Assembly: GCA_965202585.1 (NCBI GenBank)
Contig: OZ241827.1
Coordinates: forward strand, 77,562,001-77,626,000
Reading direction: 5' to 3'
Length of the DNA stretch: 64,000 nucleotides
From: Thalia democratica
Taxonomy: Eukaryota
Shown here one piece after another: positions 15,001 through 24,792 of the stretch. The notes beneath the pieces were generated by a model that had not been told where the DNA came from, did no database searches, and saw only the letters and a list, made by a program, of their open reading frames with translations. The position numbers and the translations under genes were made by a program. Every line of letters starts with the position of its first letter. Positions within the stretch are counted from its first letter, which is position 1.

Positions 15001-18000
15001 CGGAAACATGCAAACCATGGAAATGAGCGAGTCGGAAATGAGCGACGGAAACTGGCATGACGTCACAATCGAACCCATTTCCGACAAAGATTGCGCTTAT
15101 AGGTATGAAGTTTTTATTGTAGTTACTATTCAAATTTATTTGCAAAATTTTTGTTGTAAGTTCGTAAAAAACTTATGCTTGTTACTAGTAAGATATACTA
15201 AGTGATAGTTTTCTGGCTTAGAGTTTTATTTTAGCTGCTTAGTCTAATTATAACAACTTTTATTAATGCTAAAACATAACTACAAAAAATTGCGCTTAGA
15301 TGTATTTAGCTTTAGTTTTCTTTACTAGTTATTTAGTTCTTTATCAGTTAGTTTTATATGCTTTTCTTTGCTAACTGTTAAAAAGCATGCAATGGATCTA
15401 ATTTTACCAATCAAGTTACGACATGTTGTTGTTAGTAAACATTTGCATGTACTATATATTGCTATGTATTAACTATAACTAATTTAGATTATTCTAAATA
15501 AATTTTTACAGGTTGGTAGTAGACAGTAAATACGAGGCTACAGGAGCATTGGGTGAGAACAAAAAAAGAAAGTTGAAATTTGACAAACTTACACTGGGTG
15601 GATTAGATAAAAATAATGATGGTATGATTGGATGCATTGAAGAAATTAAAATTAACCAAATTTTAATTCAAGATCTTCTTCATTACAATAAATTGAGAAT
15701 TACTAAGAAACAAGAAGTTCTTGATAGGTTAGTTTCTGTTTCTATACTCTTTATACGTTAGAAGAATATATGGTCATGCTAAATAAAAACTATACAAAAT
15801 TCCTACTATGTTTTAAAAAAATGTATAAATCTAACTATTTTGATGCAACATAGACATTTAGTTTTAATAAGATGAATTTCATTGAAGTATCAATAAACAA
15901 TATGTTAAAATCTACCTAATTTTTCAGATGTAGCATGGATATTGGGTCTTGCGTGAACCATTTTTGTTACAACGGCGGTAAATGCGGACTAGACATGTCT
16001 TTAGATGGAAACTCCCCAATATGCAAGTGTAGTTCGGGTTATGCAGGGCCTGATTGTCGCAAAAGGAAGGTTTGTGAAGACTTGCCGTGCAAAAATAAAG
16101 GAATTTGCCATTCACAAGCTGTTGAAAGTTTTAGGTTGGTGAAATTTAAAATAATTTTAGTTATTTCCTCAAATATTCAATACTTTTATTAATAAAAAAA
16201 AGCTTAATCTTTCTCCTCGAACTTTCAAGTTAGTAACTAACTGTTTTTCATTTAAATTTTACTAGTTAAAATATTTTTAGTAATTTATGTCAAAATAAAA
16301 AGATGGGTAAACACATTTTACAGATATGAACTAGTTCTTTGCTCACTTTTAGCAATTAGTAGTACTTTACTTATGGGATATAAAAACCATTAGTTTTATC
16401 ATTATCACAGATGCGAATGTAAAGAAGGTTTTGGAGGAGAATTTTGTGACGTCATATGCAAGGAGGGGTTCACCGGAGTGAATTGTGACGTCATAATAAA
16501 TAAATGTTTCAGTTACGATGAAAATTTTGCTTGCAACTGCTCTTTATCAAATGAAGGTAAGCTTTTTTACTATGGATATTTGCTTTGGATGTAGTAATAT
16601 GTAACTACAAGCAACAAACTAATTTTGACTGCAAACATATTCTAAAATTTTTATTATGTAAAAAATTTGCTGCGAATAAACGTAAAATTTGAAGTTTTCA
16701 TAAGAAATGGTTAAACATTTTTTTTTCATAATATGTAAAGTTTATTGAAATAAAACACTATCTTATCTTAAAAAGACGTTATTTACTAATATTAAACATA
16801 TATGCTTTTAAAAGCTTAAGACTTTAAATTTCAACAGCAGTATTATAATCAACTACCATAGTATAATTTGTTTAATATGGATTCTTAAAGACGACTTTAT
16901 CGCTTGTTTATTAAAACTAATCCTATTGTTTAAATAGGGATGTATTTTTGTCACGCAATATTTCTTTTTTTTGTATGTCACGCAAAAATTTATTAAACCT
17001 TCTATTTATTGATAAGTAATAATAACAACGAATTAAAATACTATTTATTAACTGTATGTGTAAAAAAATTATAAAAAAGTAGCATAAAAAGTACGTAGTT
17101 GAACTTGTAAAATTCATAGAAAAAAAAGCTTAAACAATTGTAATTGTTTAAAATAGCTTATAAGTTCCAAGTTTAAAAGTTTTAGTTAAAAACTTCAAAC
17201 CAACAAAATAATAATGATGCTAACAGGTTGCAAAACTATCCTAGAAAATCAGACTAACGCGAAGAAATCATCATTTCCTTATTTAATCCTCATAATTATT
17301 ATTTTAATCGTCATAATCGTTGCCACCATAGCAACTGCAGTCGGCTGCTACGTAAGAAGGAGGCGAGGAAAAAGAATGCGAACCGGAAGTACTATTTCCA
17401 CTAAAGAAAAGTTTTATTTGACACAACTGAAACACAGAGAAGGTTTAAACAGTTTACATTAATTAATTTTCAAGTTTATTATTATATAAGTCTTTGAAGT
17501 TTAATTCACTAAAAGCAGAAATATTAACGATCTATAAAATGGTTTATTTCATAGATCACTCGTCAGATGGAAACCAGTCGATTCCAAAGCCACCGATTCC
17601 TGCAAGACCTGTTGATTATCAGAGATGTTCAAGAGAAATTATTGACAGCATGGTTGAACAAGTAAATATAATTATTATCATATATTCAGTTCTTAGTTTA
17701 CAGTTTGCATACTTCTAATTACTACAATTTAACTATTTAATTATCTGTTTTTAAAAATTTTTCAGTTGAAAACCAAAAATGAAATCAACAATTTATCATT
17801 AAAAAAATTAATTACATGTTTTAAAATAATTTTTCAGGAGCTAAAGAACAGGAAACAGTCAAATGACGTATTCGACAAAAGTATGACGTCATTCCAGGAC
17901 AATGAAAAATTGACGTCATACCAGGATAATGGAAAGCTGACGTCATTGGCTTCCGATTCAACTTCGTTTCAGAAAATTCCCATGTCTTGGACTGACTATG

Positions 18001-21000
18001 AGCACAATCATGTAAGTAATATAATTGTTAACGACAAAAATATTAGCTCAATTTGAAGTTGTTATTTCTGTTAATTAATTATTACAGTTCACACCTGTAA
18101 ACTGACACAATGGTTATTATATTATTTTAACTATAATAAAAAAACACAATCTTTGTATTTATAACTATGATTAAATAAAACTTTAAGTTATTGTAAGTTT
18201 TCACTGACTGTTCATTAAAACTATAATAATTTTTTTAAGTATATATTTAATTTCGTTTAAACGAAATGCTTCAACTAATTTTTAAACCATCACAGTTCAG
18301 CGGAAGTATATCTGGTTGTTCGTCTTACAGCAAAAGAACTCCGATCCCGTCTGCTAAATCACCGAAACTGTTCACCAGGATTCCCAGATTCCAGCAGCAG
18401 TCAGTTCACAAAGTAGCAAGCAAGCAGTCCATCGCAGAACAGCGTAAGTTTTATAACAGTAGTCGAGTGGTAGTCAGGCGTAGACTGATTCTTTATTAAC
18501 TTTTTCAGTGGACTTTCTTGTTTTATATATTATTTTAATACACTTTTCTCTGTATTTTTAGCAAATTTTAGACTCTAATAATAATATGATTTTTTTCGGA
18601 AAACATTTAAAAAATCCAATAGTTTTAAAGCTTTTTTTTATTTGAAAAACATGTTAGTTCTCACTTTTTAAAATTCTTATAATGTAAAATTTTCATTAAG
18701 ACTTGATCTCTTATCATGTATGATTGTTAATAAATTAATTCAATCACAGTTCTAAAATATTAACAGTATGTTAGCTAGACGTAGATATACACTGATTTTG
18801 TTTTAATTTTTCAGTAAACCTATATAGTTTTTAGATTTTCAAATTTTTAACATTTATTTTACTTTATTTTATCTTTTGAAGAAATTTTTGATTCGTAACG
18901 TATTTTTATTACAAGATATGCTTACAACTTTAAAAATATTTAATATCTAATTTCAATTCTAAACAAAGTTAAAAAAATATTAATTTTTGATTAGAACATC
19001 TTTAAAATGTAAATTTTGTAACTTTGTTTTTTTTTTCTCACTGTTTTCTCAACTAAAATTTGTTTAACCACAGTTTTGTAATTCTAAACAGTTGGAAGAA
19101 AACCAAAAAAATTGAATTTAGCAGAATTCAACCGTAATACAGGTCTATAAATAAAAAGCTTGGTTATGGTGATTTTTGTACAAACTTAGCATGTACTCAA
19201 AAACGTGGTGTTAATCATTATAATAAAATAACTTCAACTGCTTTTTCTGAAATTATCTGAATTTTGAAAGTTACTTGTTTATGTTAACTTTCAAAATCTT
19301 TAACATGAAAGACTTGTTAAAATTACATAAAACATTGAAAAAAAATTTTGATTTCATATAGTTAGGTATATCCAGTTATAAGCTTTTGCTTTATGTTTCA
19401 AAATTTAAGTATAAGTATGTCAACTATTATTTTCTATCCTGTTATACTTAGTGGTTTTAGATCTGTTGTACTGTTGTTTGTTTCTAAGTTTCATTTTAAA
19501 ACTTTCATCTAAATGAAAAATTTCTAAGTTTACCATGGTTATTAAAAAAAATGTGTTAATTTATCTGGCTTCAAAAATTTTAGTTTTTATTCTAAACGTA
19601 TTTTTTTAAATTCCAATGATAACACTTATTTTAACTGCCTTTCATTTTTAGCATGTAAATTATTAAGTTGTGATGAATTTTATTTTTCGTTCAAAACAAA
19701 AGTTATTAATGGTTTTATTAGGTTGTTATTTTGTAATTCGAAAAATAACTTGTTACTTTTGTATCGAAACCTCAAAGCATGTTGATCAATATCATAGCAT
19801 GTGGTTTTTGCATGTGTATTATCATGTAACTTGCATTTATTTCAGTATGTTATATCAGGGTTTTCTATACATGTTTATTTTTTTTACAAGAAGTTGTTTT
19901 ATTAATTGCATATTTTGAAAAGAAAATTAGTTATCTAAATAATTATTAAAAAGATTCTTAAGAACCCATTAACTTTTTAAACTCAATGATAAAATGTTAA
20001 CTTTTTATGCTTAACTTAAAAAGAAACTTTAAAAAAGTTGTAAAAGTTCTTAAAACTCAATTATAAAATTTGACGAATCCTTTTTAATACTTAAATAATT
20101 TTATTCACCAGATTACGCATGGGACGTTTCTGATTGGATTAAAAACAACTCGTCGGCGGCCAATCACGTTCCTGAACACGTGACGTCAGTACCAGTGAGG
20201 CTGAACAACAGATCCGACGGGGTTACGTCATTAAACAATCGCGTGACGTCACATTACAACTTGGCTGGGAGAAAACCGAAAAGGAAGGGGAGAAAATGCA
20301 GCGACGCTTCCACAACAGATTCAAAACTGGTTTGTATAAATTTATAAACTTAAAAAGTTTTATAAGTCTAAATATATATATCTAGACATAAAATAGACAA
20401 TTGAAATGGGAAAAAACTTAACATTTGAAGCTTTTATATTATAAGTATATAAATATTTACGTAAGTTACAAGTCAAGATCATTAAATGACAAAGTAATTA
20501 TTTCTAAGTTTTGATTCGAGTATTTATTTTTTCAAACCAGATACGTCATCCGCAAGACGACGAAAGCTCCCAGTATGACGTCAGTAGCGAGGTTACGACG
20601 GCTGCCAGGCAACCCGGGCGCTTATTACGTAGCAACTATGACGTCACCAACCCCCGATTCGAACCTTCGAACCTCCTGCCATCCGTTTCCATGGAGCACG
20701 AGCGTTTCTCATTGGACGAAAAAATCTCTGAGGCCTCGGAGGATTTCTATGACGACACGGAGTATGAAATTTCCGCTCCGATGCCCACCGACATTATGAC
20801 GTCACTTTTGGAGGGCGAGATGGAGGTGGACATGCCGACTCCGGCGAGGGCGCGCAAAAACAAGTTTCACCCCGACCAGTACCTGCCCGCCGTCGTCACC
20901 ATGGCAACCAGTTCCTCGTCGTCGGTCGACGGTGACGTCACTGTCCAGTTGCTTGGCAACCAGCTGCAGATGTCGTCGCTTTCCGACTTGGAAGAAGATG

Positions 21001-21044
21001 ACGTCAACAATTCGTTGATGTTACGTCATAATGACAACGCTTGA
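1..21044 (+). CDS. Fat1/2/3: FAT1/2/3-type (Fat-like) atypical cadherin, copy 1; 3' part (44 exons, 3221 aa), 5' end outside window; apparently intact
   Basis: Exons walked by hand, all GT-AG with consistent phases and no stops: 1-69, 242-458, 525-622, 781-1015, 3280-3535, 3604-3837, 3941-4229, 4332-4757, 4868-5023, 5161-5319, 5436-5841, 5997-6208, 6511-6762, 6945-7092, 7247-7467, 7533-7719, 8061-8188, 8288-8429, 8741-8904, 9141-9204, 9431-9585, 9716-9873, 10119-10352, 10429-10609, 10682-10831, 10964-11105, 11175-11275, 11358-11490, 11659-11801, 12012-12110, 12282-12432, 12517-12686, 12885-13383, 13568-13792, 13977-15102, 15512-15727, 15928-16134, 16411-16556, 17227-17442, 17555-17661, 17838-18011, 18296-18443, 20112-20329, 20541-21044 (TGA 21042-21044). 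Repeated DxNDNxPxF / LDRE / AxDxD cadherin motifs, then EGF - single LamG - EGFs - TM. Tail motifs resemble vertebrate FAT1 PPQVPVRPISY, YHWDTSDW and NQYLP. A single LamG and these motifs argue for FAT1-3 rather than FAT4. Confidence 0.93.
2721..2729 (+). CDS. Candidate 9-nt microexon (CAGATTTAG) in copy 1 intron 4
   Basis: TTTTATTGTATAG|CAGATTTAG|GTAGCT, phase 1-1, gives IVK-ADL-GNNAGVW with no stop. Branch-like TGCTAAC about 50 nt upstream. Identical at 41966-41974 in copy 2. No transcript evidence. Confidence 0.4.
   Translation, partial: QI
13977..15727 (+). CDS. Copy 1 exons 35-36: last cadherin repeat, first EGF-like region and laminin-G domain
   Basis: GGVISSKLYATDKD (last cadherin repeat), Cys-rich segment CVCRKGHAGVNC, LamG motifs VSFGGNSLIEY, LSLRFRT, MSDGNWHDVTI, LTLGG, GCIEEIKIN. 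Confidence 0.9.
15928..16556 (+). CDS. Copy 1 exons 37-38: membrane-proximal EGF-like repeats
   Basis: CVNHFCYNGGKC...CKCSSGYAGPDC; CEDLPCKNKGIC...CECKEGFGGEFC; CKEGFTGVNC. Confidence 0.9.
17227..17442 (+). CDS. Copy 1 exon 39: transmembrane helix with basic stop-transfer segment
   Basis: FPYLILIIIILIVIIVATIATAVGCYV followed by RRRRGKRMR. Confidence 0.9.
17555..21044 (+). CDS. Copy 1 exons 40-44: Fat-like intracellular domain
   Basis: KPPIPARPVDY (exon 40), YAWDVSDW (exon 43), KFHPDQYLP (exon 44); ends LRHNDNA-stop. Confidence 0.88.
17884..17945 (+). repeat. 27-nt period coding repeat in exon 41
   Basis: TGACGTCA at 17884, 17911, 17938; peptides MTSFQDNEK / LTSYQDNGK / LTSL. Confidence 0.85.
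19092..19142 (+). CDS. Candidate 51-nt in-frame cassette exon in copy 1 intron 42
   Basis: Long pyrimidine tract, CTAAACAG|TTGGAAG...AATACAG|GTCTAT, phase 1-1, open: LGRKPKKLNLAEFNRNT then D-YAWDVSDW. Same exon at 57406-57456. Donor is weak. Confidence 0.6.
19189..19814 (+). promoter_or_regulatory. Cluster of GCATG (RBFOX-type) intronic splicing elements downstream of the candidate cassette exon
   Basis: GCATG at 19189, 19651, 19777, 19797, 19810 (last is TGCATG); a rough composition expectation is well below 1 in this span. Confidence 0.5.
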
Positions 21045-21115
21045 AATACTTTACTTTTGAGAAACATTCCCTCTTTTCTCGTTTTCAGTGTCGAAGTATT
21101 TTTGCTGCTGCTTGA

Positions 21116-21125
21116 AATAAATAAA
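21116..21125 (+). terminator. Possible polyadenylation signals of copy 1
   Basis: Two overlapping AATAAA about 72-81 nt after the stop; weak evidence in such AT-rich DNA. Confidence 0.3.
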
Positions 21126-23225
21126 AGTTTTAATGAAAGCAGCTTGACGGAAAGCCTTTTAATTTTTGCTGTGATTTGAGGCTTCATTTTTTTAATTACT
21201 TTAAATATAAAGCTTACATTTTGACATAAAAAAGATTTACCTTTTCTAAATAATTTTTCAGTTACCTTTTATAAATAAAATAGCGTTTTTGTTACTAAGT
21301 ACTTTTTTCTGTTGTTCAGTTTTTTTAATCAGTTTTTTACAGTAAAGTTACTAAGGTACTCTCTAGTTTTTTCATCATCCTGTTAATTTAAATAAAAGTG
21401 CCTGGAAAAATTTTTCAAATATTCAAGAAGTTTGAATATGTGGGTATTTTTTAATCGAACATGAGTTTATGTTATATGTGTATTGTGACTGTTTCAAAAT
21501 TGTGATGTTAAACAAATAAACATAAATCATCTAAATAGTTTTTTATTTATACTGTAAGTCTTTTGATTTTTTTTTAGTTGTTTATATGTTTAACATTTGA
21601 TAACGAATATTAAAATACCTAACTGGTTTAAGCTTATAGGCATATTTGAAAACTGCATGATTTAGGTTGAACATTATTATAATTTTATTTCAGTGTTAAA
21701 TTTTTATAAAACAACTATTAAATAAATTGTTTTAATTTACTCTCAATAAATTAAGCTATTTTATACTCTTGTTTCAGTTTAAATTGAAGTTCAAACCACT
21801 TTATGTTGCAAGTTTTCTTTTGAAAGTAATAACTGAACATAAACTTTTAAAATCTGTTCAAACTCATTAATATTAAGTCGCTAGAAGACTATAAAGAAAA
21901 GAAGAATGACTTTTGTTTTTTTAATTTAAAGCACGTTTTGAGACTAAAAAGATTTATTTTAAGTTTTCTGAACCCTTAATTCAAACACTATTGGCTAACT
22001 TTTCAGTTATACTTGGTCGATTTCAAAATACATTTATACTGTCAATTTATGTAGTGAGAAATAAAACATTGATATTCTTTTGGTTTGCACTTAAACTAGT
22101 TTGACCTTTTGGTTAGTTCGTTTGTTATGCTGTAAAAATGAACCCGTTTTGATCTTAAATAAAAACTGTAAGATTATACTTTGATTACTAAAAATAATTT
22201 TCGAACTGCAAAATAAATTACTTGAATATTGAAACTAGTAACATCTAGTAATAAAGTGTTTAAAATCAAGATTTTAAAACAAACTAAAACTTTTATTTGG
22301 CTTTGATATACGTGTAACACAGTTATAATCATTTTATTTCTATAAACAATTCTTTATATTGATTGTCAAGAAATAAAAACCAATATAACCTTTTTGCTAC
22401 CTGAAAAAAAACATCTAAACACCAACTTAATCACATTTTTAAATACGTTGATTAGAAAGTTAGGTTCCAAACGCAATTATAACGTTCTAAAGTCTTCTTG
22501 GAATAATTTATTTATAAAAAATATCAAGGACTTCGATGGTTTGTCACAAGAAACGAATATAAACATGTATAAAGAAACAAAATGGTTAGTTTATTTTTAT
22601 GAAATTTAAAATGTATCTAAAGGAAAAGACTAAATAAAACTAAATAGCTACTTTTTAGTGAGACCTAATTAATTTATCTAAATGGCTATTAATAATAAAA
22701 ATATGCGTTTGTCGGAATGCTAAATACTACTTTTTCTTATTTTATTTCCTATAATTAAATGATTAAGTTATTTTATTGCTGTAATGTAATTTAAGTTTAT
22801 CAAACTTTTTATTTATAATTTTTTATCTAAAATATATCTTAAATATTTTCGTAGTTTGAATTTTTATTCAACGTTTTGATTATACTAATCTCTTTTTGTC
22901 GATGAAAAAAAAACTCCCAGAACTTCACTTTAAATAAAATTAAACTTTACAATTATGACGTAGAAATCAACATGCATAAAATTTCTAAAAATTTTTGGTA
23001 TCATTTTTACTTTATAAATAGACTTTTGAACTTGAATAAAATTTTGTAGGGAGTGTACTTTCTACATTTATCAAATAGTTAAAAATATAAAATACAAATT
23101 AGTCAACTTAGTATGTAGATAATTTTTAAGACTTTGAATTTATAATAACTAAGAGATATTTTACAACCACTTAGCAAACAACTAATTTTTGAACAAGTTT
23201 AATCTTAAGTATATTTTTAGTAAAT

Positions 23226-23443
23226 ATTTTAAACGCTTAAATTAACATTTGTTATTTTGATACTACGCTTAAAATGTAAACTTTTAAATAGTGATGTACC
23301 GGACTCACTATCCGGGTCCGGGTCCGGCCGGATAATTTTAAACGCTTAAATTAACATTTGTTTTTTTGATACTACGCTTAAAATGTAAACTTTTAAATAG
23401 TGATGTACCGGACTCACTATCCGGGTCCGGGTCCGGCCGGATA
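23226..23443 (+). repeat. 109-bp tandem duplication spanning the transposon left junction
   Basis: Units 23226-23334 and 23335-23443 each contain flank + CTTTTAAA + the first about 46 bp of the element (extra TIR at 23289). Confidence 0.92.
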
Positions 23444-24399
23444 TTGCTATTTTGTCTGATATCCGGATCCGGCCGGACTCTAATTTAAAAAAAAAGTCCG
23501 GATCCGGTTCCGGCCGGAATCTAATTTGAAAAAAAAGTCCGGATCCGGGTCCGGCCGGATCTCTGTTAGGAATACTAAAAAGTATTTTTTCAAAAACAAA
23601 CCCTTGTAAATTAATAAGAGTCATTTTCGTCAGTTAAAATTATACACCTACCGTGATTGGCTCATTTTGTACATGTGAATAATTTACATTTGTTTAAATT
23701 TAAACTATGAAATAAACATTTCAGAAATGCAACTTTTTACATTTGTTGTAAAATTGAAAACTTTAAAATGAATACTTGCATTATTTATTGTTTAAAGTTG
23801 AGCTCAGAGAATATTTAGAGTTAATACGGTTGAATGTACGAGCCAATGAAAATCATATGACAAAATGTTTCAAACTAAATACTGATGCAACAAAACATCA
23901 GAACATGACAGGCAGTTTATATATAAGCAGTTAGTTAGTTTGGTGTGCAGCTTGAAGCAACAAAATATCTTGAACTTTTTTGTGAAATTTTGTGATAAGT
24001 GAATATTTCAACTGGTGTTTAATTGTTTTAATATTTAAGCCAGGTTTATAGTTTAGTAGTTTATTAAAAATTTCACAGTTTCTTGTTTACTAAAAGTTTT
24101 ATTTAATTTTTAGTTTATTGTTTTAAGTCTTTTGATATAGATTTAAATAGCTTCCAGTTTTTAAAGTGTTACCAAAGTAATTAAAATTTTTGTATATGCT
24201 AGTATTTCTTGTTGTGTTTTATATAAAAGATTCATCACTCAAAACTGTCGTGTCTGATTTTAGAAAGTAGCCTCAGTTAGAATTTAGTATTTGTTAGATA
24301 TTAATTAAACAAGGTAGGATTTAATTATGGTGGGTAGTACTAGTAAGTTAAGTGTACCACAATCAGTCTACAACTTTACTACCAAATTGTCAACCTTTG

Positions 24400-24792
24400 C
24401 TAGCTGTCTGATTATTAGATTAAAGTATTTTTTCAGTTTTTAAAAACCTCATTCTGACTCAGGCTTGTTTATACTCACTCTAGCTAGTTTTATTGACTTA
24501 AACAGTGGCAACCCTGCTAGTTTGAAAATCTTGGACTGCCTCAGGTTAGTTTAGTTTTTTATAAAAGCACAGGCTAGTTTTCTTTTAAATTTTGAATGAG
24601 TTTGAGCTGATCCAGTTTTCAATATTTGGTAATTTTCTAGTGTATTTGGTTCAAGAACTTGATTTCAGATTTTCAATTGTAAATAAAACCTAAATTTGTA
24701 AACCTTGTGGCTAGCTGTTTTACTTATTATTAGATTAAAATTCTCTTTTTTCAGTTTTTAAAAACCTCATTCTGACTCAGGCTAGTTTATAC
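24400..24792 (+). repeat. Internal direct repeat inside the transposon
   Basis: GCTAGCTGT...ATTATTAGATTAAA...TTTTTCAGTTTTTAAAAACCTCATTCTGACTCAGGCT(T/A)GTTTATAC at about 24400-24474 and about 24710-24792. Confidence 0.75.

Noticed and set aside
12881-15145. Minus-strand and alternate-frame ORFs over exons 33 and 35 (and 52386-53553)
   Set aside because: Shadow ORFs of GC-rich coding exons where stops are rare; no recognisable protein motifs.
16921-16990. TAGGGATG hAT-like end with two GTCACGCA motifs in intron 38
   Set aside because: No matching opposite TIR or TSD found.
1-21044. Non-canonical (non GT-AG) introns
   Set aside because: All 43 introns of the copy 1 model fit GT-AG with consistent phase.
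23289-23570. CRISPR-like or tRNA-like structured repeats
   Set aside because: Palindromic CCGG repeats have no unique spacers and lie inside TIR/TSD-bounded transposon ends; no cloverleaf or A/B boxes.
23346-23624. ORFs 23346-23624 (-) and 24839-25024 (+) with PDPD/GSG repeats
   Set aside because: Translations of the CCGGATCCGG subterminal repeats of the transposon.
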